Of a stretch of 64,000 nt of DNA, positions 37,165 through 49,992 are shown one piece after another; position 1 is the first letter of the stretch; the number at the start of each line of letters is the position of its first letter. Origin of the DNA: Hypanus sabinus. Its lineage: Eukaryota. Below the pieces are notes generated by a model. It saw only the letters and a list, made by a program, of their open reading frames with translations. It did no database searches and was not told the origin of the DNA. The position numbers and the translations under genes are program-made. The DNA lies in NCBI RefSeq assembly GCF_030144855.1, contig NC_082707.1:189162001-189226000 (forward strand). The letters run 5' to 3'.

Positions 37165-38778
37165 CAGCACCTCTGCAGGGAAAGTGACAGTCCACATTTT
37201 GGGTCAGACTCTTCATCTGGACTGAAAGAGAAAGGGGAGATACTGAGTACTGTATTAAGAGGCTCCCCAGACATAGGAGCAGAATAATGGTATTTGGCTC
37301 ACTGAGTCTCAAGTGGGGTGAAAGGGGTGGAGCTAGAGCTGGCAAGTGAAGAGTGGATGTAGGTGAGGAGAGGTGAAATATGGGAAGATTGGAAGTAGCA
37401 ACAGAGGCTGTAAGTGATGAATGGAGGCAGCAAAGGGCTGCAGATGATGGAATCTCATAAGTGGGCATGGAGTCAAATAAAAGGATGGGAACAATAAGGG
37501 AAGGGTTCCAGTGGAAGGAGTGAGTGGATGTTGGTCAGATGCAGTGAATAGAGGAGGGATGAAAGAGAGGGTGATAGGGAGGCTGGAAGGGCAGAGAGCA
37601 GACAGAATTGCAAAGAATAGGAGAATGATTTGTTTTTCTTGTACTGCAGGTCATGGTCTCTCTTGGGGGTTTTTGCTTGACTGGTCGTTGGATGGTGCTG
37701 ATGCTTTTTTTTGCTTAAGTAAGTGGGGGAGGGGAGGGTTAATGCTCTGCTGCTGCCTGTGAATGGGAGGAATAGGGGGGCTTTGGGGTTCTAGCATTTT
37801 TACTGTCACTCATTCTTTGGGGCACTCTTCTGTTTTTGTGGATGTCTGCGAAGAACAAGAATTTCAGGTTGTATATTGTATACAAATCTCTGATATTAGA
37901 TGGAATGACTGAACTATTGAAAAAAAAAGGACAGGTGAACAGCTTATCTGAAAGTGGAGAATCCAATGTTCATGCCATCAGGTTGTAAGCTACTCAGGCA
38001 GAATATGGGGTACAATCCTCCAAGTTTGCATTTAGCCTCACACTGACAATGGAGGAGACCAAAGGCAGTCAGGTCATTGTGAGAAAGGGGAAGAGAGTTA
38101 AAATAGCTAGCAATCAGGAGCTCCAGATGGCCATGGCATGCTAAGTTGGGTGCTCAGCAAAGTAGTTGTCTAATCTGAAGTTGGTCTCACCCATGTAAAA
38201 AAGGCGACATCAAGAGCACAAATGCGGCCACACACTTTAATTCCACTCCCCATTCCCATTCCAATATGCCTATCAATGACTACCTCCACTGTTGTGATGT
38301 GACCATAGTTAGGTTGGAGGAACACCAACTTATATTCAGTTTGTGTAGCCTTCAACTCGATGGCATGAACATCAATTCCTCCAGCTTCTGGTAATACCCT
38401 GAACCACCCCCTCCCTTCACCATTTCCCATCCCCTTTTTCCTTTCTCACCTTATCTCCTTGCCGCCCATCAACTCCCTCTGGTGCTCATCCCCCTTTTGC
38501 TTTCTTCCATGGCCTTCTGTCTCTTTCACCTATCAACTTCCAAAGTCTTTACTGCATCCCTCCCCTTTCAGGATTCACCTATCACCTTGTGTTTCTCCCT
38601 CCCCTCCCCCACCTTTTAAATCTGCTCCTCAACTTTTTTTCTCCAGTCCTGCCGAAGGGTTTTAGCCTGAAACTTTGACAATGCTCTTTTCCATAGATGC
38701 GACCTGGTCTGCTGAGTTACTCCAGCGTTTTCTGTGTGTTACTTGGATTTCCAGCATCTGCAGATTTTCTTTTGTTTG
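37165..38778. mobile_element. Two divergent PLE 3' ends in opposite orientation (minus ~37165-38225, plus ~38226-38778), with a LINE tail nested at ~37640-37915
   Basis: GIY-YIG C-terminus on both strands (RLEEHQLIFSLCSL; GMNI). Degenerate hammerheads at ~37188-37224(-) and ~38644-38680(+). Confidence 0.7.
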
Positions 38779-38784
38779 TGATCC

Positions 38785-39476
38785 CTACCATGAAGCATAA
38801 TGGTCACTGCATCATGTCCTAGGGATGCTTCACTGCAGCAGGCCTTGGAAGGCTTGAGAAGGTAGAGGGTAAAATGATTGCAGCAAAATACAGAGAAATC
38901 CTGGAAGAAAACCTGATGCAATCTGCAAGAGAACTGCAAACTGGGAGAACTTTTGTTCTGCAGCAAGCCAATTACCCCAAACATAAAGCCAAAGCTACAC
39001 AGGAATGGCTTAAACAACAAAAGTTGATGTCCTAGAGTGTCTAAACCAGAGACCTCAAACCAATTGAGAATTTATGGCTGGACTTGAAAAGGGCTGTCAC
39101 TCATGATCCCCGTGCAATCTGACAGAGGTTGAGCAGTTTTGTAAAGATGAATGGGGAAAAATTGCAGTATCCAGATGGGCAAAGCTGATAGAGACCTATC
39201 CGTACAGACTCAAGGCTGTAATTACTGCCAAAGGTGGATCGACTAAATACTGACTAGAAGGGTTGAGTAATTATGAAATCAATTATTTTTTGTTTAAAAT
39301 TGTAATAAATTTAGACCAATTTATAGAAATGTGTTTTTACTTTGACATGAAAGAGTCTTTTCTGTTGACCAGTATCAAAAAAGCCAAATTCAATCCACTG
39401 TGATTCAATGCTGTAAAACAATAAAATATGAAAACTTCCAGGAGGGGGGGGGTGAACATTTTTTTTATAGGCACTG
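38785..39476 (+). mobile_element. Tc1 transposon right half (DDE transposase C-terminus plus right TIR)
   Basis: KHNG..IM.*GCF...EGKM.AAKYREILEENL...QQANYPKHKAKATQEWL...PIENLWLDLK...FCKDEWGKI...YPYRLKAVITAKGGSTKY*. Ends GGGGGTGAACA...GGCACTG|TA. Confidence 0.92.
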
Positions 39477-41789
39477 TAAATAAATCCAAATGACCACCTT
39501 TTTCATGACCCATTTCAGGAGTCAAGGAAACTTTGTGTGTTCTGGGAGTGTCTGGCCATTGGATACAATTGCACATGCATGGCAATGCTGCATCAGTAAC
39601 ACCCTGAGAACAGAATCCATTAAAGGTCTCAGCCTTAAATGTCAACTGTTTACTCCATAGATGCTGCTTGACCTCCTGAGTTTCGCCAGGATATTGTGTG
39701 TGTTGCACAAGATCTGCAGAATATACTGTATCTATCAACAATTCTTTACGTCCACAGATGCTGCTCAGTCCACTGAGTTGCTCCAGATGGCTCTCACCAA
39801 TAGCATTCCTGCTTTTAGACTTAAGGACAAGATGTATGCTAAAGATAATGTCACTGAAGATGTCTTAAGGATCCGACCACGGGGCAAAAGAAGATTGATC
39901 ATTTACTGACCAGAAGCAGGAGGCACTACTGTGAGTTAATGGTTCTAAGAAGAATCAAGGCTTAAGTAATGCTTTCAACTTATTTTTAAGAGATCATTCC
40001 AATGCATGTCACAGAAGACCAAAATTTTGTTCATGCCCATTTCCGCACTGCAATCTAGATGCAGCAAATGAGCAGCAAAAGAAATTTTCAAGCAATATGA
40101 AACAAAATGATGGCTTTAATATTCATACCTGAGGTTACTTCATGCCCAGATACTAGGCCATCAGTTTGATACTAGGTATAAAATAACTGTATCCTCAAAC
40201 ACTTTGATACCCTTAAGTTACTCTAGTAACTGATATTTGTAACTGATTGGTAATTGTTTTAATAATTGTAACAAGTTATCAACGTAGGGTGAAAAGCTTA
40301 GTTTTGCATGCCATCTAGATAGATCACTCCAAACTTAAGTACATCAAGGTAATACAAAAAGAAAAACTACAATATTTCAAAACTTATTTTATGCCAAAAA
40401 GAAAAAAGCAACGTTATACACAACAGTAGTCATATTTTATGATAACCCCCTGAAAACTTTGCCTCGAAATATCAGTGAAGTCATTTCACTGGAAAAATAT
40501 CAAACATCTTTATTCCACTTTGTCATAATGCTTGAAAAAAATATCCTTAAGTGTTTTGCTACTTCCAACTACATTGATTTCACATAGTCAAGTCACCAAT
40601 AATGGTGAATTTCCCCTGATGCAGGAGAGAAACCAATGGTTATACTTTCTAAAGAGGAAACACTTTTTTCTAATTTCTGTTCCTATATCTTCTCTTCTGA
40701 TACAAATTAATGATTTCTGAATACTGTATATGACATGGTCATAATTGTATCTTCCCTTATTGATCACTATAACAATAGCTACTTGTCATTTTGTTGATAT
40801 GCATCAACAGTCAAGTAATTAAATTTCAAGCAAATATTTGCCAATATATTTCATTTTATAGGCTTAAAATATATTGATTAACCACATTATACAATCAGCA
40901 ACACAACAAAATTTATATTGAGTTGGGGTGGTCCAAAAAGCATTGACAAATGTTTATATTATCTATGTGATCCATAACCATTTGTCAAAGGTAAATATCA
41001 GAGACAAAGAAGCTATTAATTACAGGTAGGGTTCATCATTTTCTATTTCTCACCAAGATGTAATATTGATATTACTGTCAACAAGGCCAACAATGATGGA
41101 ATACAAATATTATTTGTCCATATTTTTCCATTCCAGCATTGTTATTTTGGTGACAAGCTTGAATAGACTTGATTGCTGAATTCAGCTCCTAATGTTCTGT
41201 AACCTTTCTGAGCTTGGAACATTGTGAAAGTTGCTACATAAATGCAAAGTTTTATTTAAATTCCTCTTCTTTCTCCTTGGGGACTTGAATGCAGCCTATA
41301 AACCATGGCAAAACCCACCTGCTAACCATTCTTAAATATGAAACATCACAGTGAGCCACTGGAGTTGACAGGACTCCAGTGGCTTTCCAGCTGCCTTGAG
41401 CTCATCCTTAGAGAGATTAGTATCACAGCCTTACAGGTACAATGAAAAGATTCACCTCAAATAACAGCTTCTTCCAGGGGTTTCAAAAGAAAGAGTCCCA
41501 TTATTTAGTCAGAATAATATTTTCAGAAAAAATACATTGCCAATATATTTCACTCAGTAGTTTCTTAAACATTCCATTTAGTTACAATATTGTGCGAGCA
41601 TCTAAAATAAATTGGATGTATATTATTCAGGCAGGAGCATTGCTTAGATTGACTAAATTAGGTGGCCTGAACAAAAAGCTTTCACATAACTTTTCCAACT
41701 GCTCAAAGATTATTGCAATCTATGGCCCGTAAAGCTAAATGAAGTGTCCAGGCTTTTCTCATGAGAAGTCGTACAAAATATTAACCTAG

Positions 41790-42262
41790 TATTCTGCACA
41801 AGATCGAAATAAGTTGCAGAAACTTGTAAAATTAGTCCGCTCTGTCATGGGTACCAGCCTCTATATTATCCAAGACATCTTCAGGGAGCAGTGCCTTAGG
41901 AAGGCAGCGTCCATCATTAAGGATTCGCACCACCCAGGACATGCCCTCTTCACACTGTTACCGTCAGGAAGGAGATACAGTACAGAAGCCTGGAGGTACA
42001 CACTCAGGAATTGAGGAACAGCTTCTTCCCCTCTGCCATCCGATTTCTAAATGGACTTTGAACCCATGAACACTATTTTACTACTGTTTTAATTCTGTTA
42101 TTTTGCACTACTTTTTTAACTTAACTATTTAATAGATATATATACTTAATGTAACTCAGTTTTTTCTCTATTTATTTATCTATCATGGATTTCAAAGTAC
42201 TGCTGTCATAAAACTAACAAATTTCATGACATATGCTGGTGATATTAAATCTGAATCTGATT
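41790..42262 (+). mobile_element. Rex1 3' fragment
   Basis: CLRKAASIIKDSHHPGHALFTLLPSGRRY plus (CTGAAT/CTGATT) tail; homologous to 28330-28680 and 29690-29810. Confidence 0.9.
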
Positions 42263-42829
42263 CTTTTTTTTAAACAACAGTCTTAAAGACGCTGGAGCTA
42301 ATCTAGGTGAGAGAAGGGATCAGCCAATTATGATTGGGAGAACAGGCCTTAGGAGCTGGTAAGTCTATTTCTATTCCAAAACAAAAACACATTTGCTCTT
42401 AATTTTTTTCCCACTGACACTGTGCAGTTGAACAAAAAATCCCAGGGAGCCTCAAGTGACAATTCCAATTAAAAATACATTATTCTTCTGCAAAATAAAC
42501 TTCCCATCTTCTTCCCCCCAAAAATGCACTAAGTAAACAAATATGGTAAAGTTAGTAAACTTTTCCACTTTGCAGTTACATCAGAGACTGGGAAATACTT
42601 TTCCCAAACACTAAAATCCCTGATGAAATTATTACAATGTTTAGAACAATTACCAAATTGTATTCTTAAATAAAACTGGATCTCTCCACTGGGCCATCCT
42701 CTTTTCTGCTTTAGACATTCTTAACATCTTTCCCCTTAATTAGAAGTTTTGGTTATTAGCTTTATTATCTCTTTTTGTGGCATGGCATTAGCTTTGATAT
42801 GAATCATGTACAGAATACAGATCCATATT

Positions 42830-43480
42830 TCCTTGAAAATGGCATCACACTTACACTCGACTGGGCCATAGATTGATATTTTGGCACGTTGGCCTTCATA
42901 AATCAGAGTACTGAGTACAAGAGTTGGGATGTTATGAGGAAGTTGTATAAGATGTTGTTGATGCCAAATTTGGAGTATTGGCTACTGTTCTGGTCACCTA
43001 TGTGGGAAAAATATAACTAAGATTGAAAGAGTACACAGAAAATTAATAAAAGATATTGCCGCATCATAGGGACCTGAGTTATAGGAAAAGGTCAAATAGG
43101 TTAGGAATTTATTCTCTAGAGTGCAGGAGAATGAGGGGAGATTTGGTAGATGTGTACAGAATTATGAGAGGTAGAAGTATCGTAAATGCAAGTAGGCTTC
43201 TTCCAATAAGGTTGGGTGGGACTAGAACTGAAGGACAAATAGGTTAATGGTGAAATACTTAAAGGGAACCTGAGGGGGAATTTCTTCTCTCAGTGGTTGG
43301 CACGAGTGTGGAACAAGCCAACAGCAGAAGCAGTAGATGTGAGTTATCATAACCTTTAAGTTTGGATAAGTACATGGATGGGAGAGACCTGGAGGGCTAT
43401 GGACCAGGTATGTGTCAATGCGACTCATCAGAATAACAGTTCAGTATGGACTAGATGGGCTGAAGGCCCAGTCTGAAGGC
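42830..43480 (+). mobile_element. CR1 3' fragment
   Basis: LSYRKRSNRLGIYSLECRRMRGDLVDVYRIMRG. Confidence 0.85.
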
Positions 43481-44339
43481 TCTCAGACTCTACATGTTTG
43501 TAACAGTAATAAAAAGAGAATGGAAGCAACTGGAAAGCTGAAGTTACATAACAGAATGTCCTGATAGGTCTCGGTCAAAACACACACCATTTACTCTTTT
43601 GCATAGATGCTTCCTGGCTTGCTAGGTTACTCCAGCATTTTGTATGTGGAGCTTTGATTTCCAGCATTGACAGATTTTCTTGTTTGTAACAGAACGTCCG
43701 TGTGTCCTGCATGTTACTCGATGATGAAACAACCTAGAAGTCTGAAATTTTGCATGAGGATATGCACCAGACTTTTTACTAAACCCACCGTAGAGTTCCA
43801 ACCATTGGCCACAGGAGGCCAAATTTTAATTTTCCCTGCTGAAAATTGCTGAGATTTTATTCCAATGTGCTTCTAAGGTACTAAAATTTTGGGTGGAATT
43901 GGTCTAAGTATTTCCAATTTACCTGAACTACAAAGAGAAAATCTAGCTTTAAACCAGTGAAGCGAATATATCCAAGGGAAAGAACCAAGTTTACTGATGC
44001 AGGGTTTTGGTCTTAATTCCCTTCCCCTCATAGATACTGCTTGATAGGCTGAGCTCTTCCAGCAGATTGTCTGTTGTTCCAAATTCCAATGACTTCGGAC
44101 TTGTCTCTCCAGATAAGGGTAGGTGTTACTTTAGTGCCAGCTGGAGATTTTTGACAAATGCTACCAATAATTCAACAAGTTGCTACAACAGATGAATTGA
44201 AATATTTTTGAGAAAATGTTCAATGATTATACATGAAAACTAAAATGTGATCACATTTGACAGGTAATCTATTTACAAAAGAATATGCATCCAATAAACC
44301 TAAAGACTCAATAGGAACAATTTTGATGAAAGCCTTGGG

Positions 44340-44770
44340 CTGAATTGTTACATCATTTCAGGATCGGATGCAAGCCATTTTCCCAAATGTCACTCAACTC
44401 TATTTGAATTACCAATGGTTGTATGAAAGAGAAAATTTAGCTCTAATAAATGAATCAGCACTAGCTACAGATGAAGATCTTCTCTTGAAGCTATCCAGAC
44501 AAATTGTACGATACAAGACTATTGACAGACATTGATGAGGCTGTACATTTTCCTGTTGAATTTCTAAACTCTCTGTCACCACCTGGTGTGCTATTACATA
44601 ATATTGCACTGAAAGGCACTCCAATCATGCTGCTGGGGAATTTGGATCCACCCATACTATGCAGCACAAAATGATCAGTTCCAAATTAATACATAAATAT
44701 AAATGAAGATACAACAATGACTACTAATGCTGTTGGGGGGAATATCTTCATCCCTCAGAAATACCAAATA
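44340..44770 (+). mobile_element. Helitron PIF1-like helicase relic
   Basis: WLYERENLA (44416+); DEAVHFPVEFLNSLSPPGVLLHNIALKGTPIMLLGNLDPPILCST (44534+); GGNIFIP. These are characteristic C-terminal motifs of the Helitron RepHel PIF1 helicase. Confidence 0.85.
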
Positions 44771-44949
44771 CTGTATTCCGTCTACCTTTCCATTTCTAAT
44801 AACTTCAGTTCCCTAGAGACACAAGAAACTACAGATACTAGGTTCTGGAGCAACAATCTGCTGGAGGAAAATGGTGCGTCAAGCACCATCTGCGAGGGGA
44901 AAGTAATTAACATCATTTCATTTCAAAATGCAGCAGGAAGACGATCCTG

Positions 44950-45560
44950 ATTCATAGAACATTACAGCACAGTTCAATCCCTTAGCCCACAATGTTGTGC
45001 TGACCTTTTAACCTACTCTAAAATCAAACTAATGTATCCCTCCTACATCGTGCTCCATTTTTATATCATCCATGTGCCTATCTAACTTTCTTATATGTCA
45101 ATAATGTATCTGTCTCTACCATCACCCCTGGCGGAGCATTGAACACAATCACAATTTTACCATTCTTGGAAAAGTGTCCTCCACCTAGGATTTCTTTAAG
45201 AACACGTGGATTTCTGATTATATCTATTCCAAACTTGATTTCATGTCAGAAAACCACCACTCTCTGTGTAAAGAACTTACCTCTCACATCCTCCTATACT
45301 TCCCACCAATTGCCTTAATACCCCGCCCTGGGGAAAAGTCTGACTGTGCATTCGATCTGTGTCTTTGATCATATTCTACATTTTTATTAAGTCACCTCTC
45401 ACCCTCCTTCGCTCCAAAGAGAAAAGCCCAAGCTCGATCAACCTGTCCTCATACGGCACACCCTCTAGTCTAGACAGCATCCTGATAAATCTCCTTTGCA
45501 CCCTCTCGAAAGCTTCCACATCCATCTAATAATGAGGCAACCAGAACCAAACACAACACT
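44950..45560 (-). mobile_element. CR1 3' fragment
   Basis: Reverse-strand CR1 tail and ORF2 end (CTCCTTCGCTCCAAAGAGAAAAG...GACAGCATCCTGATAAATCTCCTTTGCACCCTCTC). Confidence 0.75.
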
Positions 45561-46119
45561 TATTGTGGATATTTTATGCAGGTTTTGATCCAGTGAGTTA
45601 CTCCAGCAAATTGCTTATGATTTATTTGAGTTTGCTATTCAACATTAATTTTGTTCTAAGGGTTAACAACCATCGAGGACAATCACTAAAATTGTGGGCT
45701 TTAATCTTAAAATATTATGATTTTCTTGTGGTCAGACGTATGTTAGATGCACTGGAGCTGGAGATCAATATAATCTAAACATTTTTTACACCAGTTTCTA
45801 AAGTGAATAAATATACAGGATATTCTTAGGCATTTAGACATCACAATGAACTAAATTTGTGCATTGTGCATAGGTCTGCAATTAGATTAAAGTCAATCTC
45901 TGTGTATTTTCAGAGTCAGTACACAGAAAATACTGGAGGAACTCAGCGGGTCAGGTAGCATCTATGGAGGAAAGTGTTTCAGATGAGACAACCTTTATCA
46001 GGACAGTCCTGATAAAAGGTCTCAGCCCGAACTAGTCTCGAAGCAATTTATGAGGCGGTGGAGTTTCCATAGATCGCACCTATTATTTGAAATAATTTTA
46101 CTTGGGGTTTCGCGACCTT

Positions 46120-46400
46120 AAAAACTGACGGCAAGGCAGAGCCGCGCCGACTGCGGGCCCCTCGCGCCGCCCGCGAGCCGCCTGACCCGGAGCGCGTGCC
46201 GCGCGGCCCCTTCCTTCCATCCGCCACGCGCCTCCCGCGGGCGCCGCGCGCATGCGTACACCCCCCCCCCCCCTCCCCAATCTCAAGCGAGCTTCAGCCG
46301 CGCGCTCGCTTCCGGAAGATGATAAACAAGCCGCCCGGCCCCAATATCTGGAGCTTTCTGCTGTTTCTCGCCCACTCCCTCCCAACTCCTGCCACCCACC
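46120..46400. promoter_or_regulatory. Second GC-rich promoter-like core: NRF1-like GCGCATGCGT (46248-46257) and palindromic ETS site CTTCCGGAAG (46309-46318)
   Basis: Motifs and very high GC/CpG content seen directly. Confidence 0.5.
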
Positions 46401-49400
46401 TCATTTATATTTAGGAACAAAATCCAAGAATAAAGCATTGCCATGAAAAAGCCGATAATCCTCTTCAACGCCTTTCCTGCATCTGCATTAAATGGAGAAA
46501 TGTATCGGGTTTCCCTCCGTTCCACTTTACAGTGACATTGAAGGGTGGAAAATATTCTTTCAAGGCGCTAATAATATTAATGCAGAGATGCAAATATTTG
46601 CATAGTTTGCCATTAACATTGAACCTATCCGTATTGTATTTTTAAATGAAAAAAAGAACACCCATAAAGCTCCTATACTCGGGACATTAAACCCCATTTG
46701 TTATGTTCTTCGGCCTGACGCTCGAACTCCGAAGTGACAGACATAGCGAGTATTCAGACTAAAGCTGCGCACCTCACATTAGGACACCGATAATACTTTT
46801 GACTAACCATTTACAAAGGACGAATGTGCAAGTGCAATCCGGTAAGATCAAAAATGAACTTCTTCAACCCCCCCCCCCCCCCACCACCCCCAGCTTCGCA
46901 ATCTCTGTATGCGTTATGGCATTTCACTGAGAAATACATTTCTCGACCAACTCAAGTAGCGAAAAGGTGTCTGAAACGACGTGGGATCGCTCACAGACTG
47001 ACCTGATATTGCCCCCACCCCTGTAGTTAGAGGGAAATCGGCGATGGCTTTTCTCCATCTCTTGTTCTTGAAACGCAATCGCCTTCATTTGGTAATGTTT
47101 GTGCAATTCGAGAAATGCGTATCAAATTAGAACAACAACTGACCATATTTCGCTGGTGGACGAACACATGCATTCGCTGAAAATGTTTAATGTTAAATAA
47201 CCATATTTTATATTTAGCTCACCAGCATCTGAGCGCATAACCCCCTTTTATACTTATGTCACTTTAAAAAAGTTATGCTTCAACGATTTGACGAATCTTC
47301 TGGAAACGGGTTCTGTTAGTTGTGTTGCATTAAATAAAACACCGGGTAAATTGTGAAATGTCCCCCTCAGTGAAAAGATAGGCGCAATATTTTCATATAA
47401 TGCGATGCTGAAGTAACATGCCGGCCAAGACTGGTCAAATATTCGCTAAAATCTGGATTTATTTCAATGATAAACCAGTCCACGTGTTCCTCCCCTCCCC
47501 GATTAATAACCGGCATTTGCAAAACAATCTGATTTAAAACGACGAAAAGATAAATACGGAGAATTTAAACCTCTCCAGATGGTACAACGAGAGCACTTGA
47601 CTGAACATGTCCAATTCACAGATTCGCAACTACAAGCCGTATATTCTCGTAGCTTGCCGTCGAGTCGGAATGCCTATTTCTGCTTGCGATATTCTAAAAA
47701 TCCACCTTTCAATAACCTTGGGTCAGAAATGTAGAATGCACTCAGGTAATAAACTCACAACATTTGCAAGGGCAAATAACTGTTCCCATTGTTCCCCCGT
47801 TCTCAGGGCGCTGCAATATCGTTCCTGTAAATACATTCACTAAATATCATTTTAAAGCTTACAAATTAGCTCCAGCTTGCATTGCCATTGTTCAAGGATG
47901 TATTGAATAAATTCGGTCGCACCGGGGCTGGTGGTCACAGCAGACGGAGCATACATGGACCTCGGAGTGGGTGAGATCCCAGAGGAGCAGCAGACCATTT
48001 AAAGATGTTAACAGCTCCTTGCGCCGGGAGAATGCGCAAAGTGTCTCGCCTGAGGCTGGTACTCATCTTTTTTTATGTTTCCATAGACTCCGCATAATTT
48101 TGGTGTTGAAATATAATTTTTTAAAAAATCGCAGAAGAGGGCAAGAAACAGAACTCTCCAATGCTGTACATTTCACCCGGAGTTTTGTGTACAGTATTCC
48201 TATCAGGGCGACTTACCGCAATGTTCGCACACACGTGCTGATGGTGCTCATACTGAACATGTTTTAAGTACGTTTTAATTTAACACCGCGTTTCAAAAAG
48301 TCGCCGGTCATTTAAAAAAAAGTACCGTTCAAGTGTGTCGTTGAGAATGGGCCATAAATGCATTTTTACTCGACAGTATCCAAGTTTGCGAGCAATTGAA
48401 AAGTAACAAACAATATGGGATGAAGAGGATTATTACAGTTGCGGTGTTGCTGCAAGAACGAACCTTGCAGCAACACCTATAACTTTAGAGTGTACAAACA
48501 AAATCTGATCGAGTCCTCTATCGGAGTTGACTTTGAACACTATATGTCGTTGAACACTACACCTAAAATAAAAATCGACAACATATTCTGGGTCTTTACA
48601 GTCCCATCAATAGCCATTTAAAAGAAACCAACAAAGACTATTTGGCCCGTCGCGACGAGGCCAACAGCGAGAAATAGCTATTAGTCCTAATCCTTAGCTC
48701 GTGATCGGTGATTGCAAATCAGGTTCTCAAGCAAGTACTTTTTGCAATGTGATTTAGTTTTCCGCCGCTACCCTTGTTCCAGACTATGAGGTGCAGACCA
48801 CCCCCCACTCATACTCAACCGCCTGATTAAAAAAAAGACATTTCAACACTCCTGCCAAATACTTTAAACCTGCTCTGTTGCACCCACCCCACTCACATAC
48901 ACATAAAGCCATTACTGCTAAGTGAAATAACCCCCACCATTTAGTCTCCTCTTAATTTCCCGCATTTCAGAACACTAATCCCCCAACCACCTCTGCTCGA
49001 AGGAAAATCACTACAGCTCATCCATTCTTCCCCCAGATATAAAATCCTACCCTCCTGTCAATGTTCACACCTTTAAAGGGCTACCTAAAGCAGTTTCCGA
49101 CCCCTCCTTCAACACGCTTTTGTACGACTCGCGGTTCTGATCGATACGAGGGAGGTTTATCACGAATGTAGGCGCGATTACATCCAGTTTGGATCTTTGG
49201 GATGGAGCCGCTAAGGAAGCGAAGACGCCTCGGAACCAACAGCGAATAATCGAGAGGATTGAGTACGCGTGTGGGGGGGGGGGGGGGGGGGTGAGAGAAG
49301 AGAGAGACGGTTCAGCTTCTTAACACTATTTCAGTCATATAATACCTCTCAAATCAAGCTTCGCCTTATTTCACCCACATAATCGTTATTTTTACAAACA

Positions 49401-49992
49401 CATTACAAGAAGCTGCAAACTCTGCGTTTTAAATGTCAAAGTCACCAGACTTCATTGCAAACACTTGCTCGTCTCCACATCCCCTACACCCTCCTCCCGT
49501 GCGAAGAGCAGTTCAGCCCGTGGACAGGGAGTATGGGGTTTCAGACACCGACTATCCACTATATTTCCAAAAGACCCTCTCCTCCACGCTGACAAACAGC
49601 CCCTGCAGATGAATGTATACGACGGAAGTTCATTGACCTGAAACGTCTAACTCTGCTGTCTCTCTCCATAAACGTTACTCACTCGCAGCATCCCCCGTTT
49701 TAATTTCAAATTTCCAGCACCCGCAGCTTTGTTTGCTCTCATTTGACAATTACACGCACCACGTTTGGAAAACCAAACATAGATATAGATGTCACAACTT
49801 TTACGGCCGGGCTGTCCTCTCTCCCCGGTGACCCATTAGGCGTCGTCCATCCTCATTCACTCTCTGCGTGCAATGTAAGTCAAAGCCGGCGTTGATTTAC
49901 AGTGCCTCTGAATTATGAGATATCAGACAACACAAACATAAAGAGACACGTGAAAGAGTATTTCTTCCGTTACCGAACGTAAGGAACCCTAC

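Noticed and set aside
46098-46525. GC-rich ORFs in the CpG core
   Set aside because: Open frames are expected from high GC content; Arg/Ala/Gly/Pro-rich with no protein signature.
49512-49531. REST/NRSE-like TTCAGCCCGTGGACAG, and the half-site pair AGGACC..GGACAGCG at 50381-50399
   Set aside because: Half-site spacing and sequence deviate from the canonical TTCAGCACCnnGGACAG. Plausible for a neuronal gene but not supportable without conservation data.
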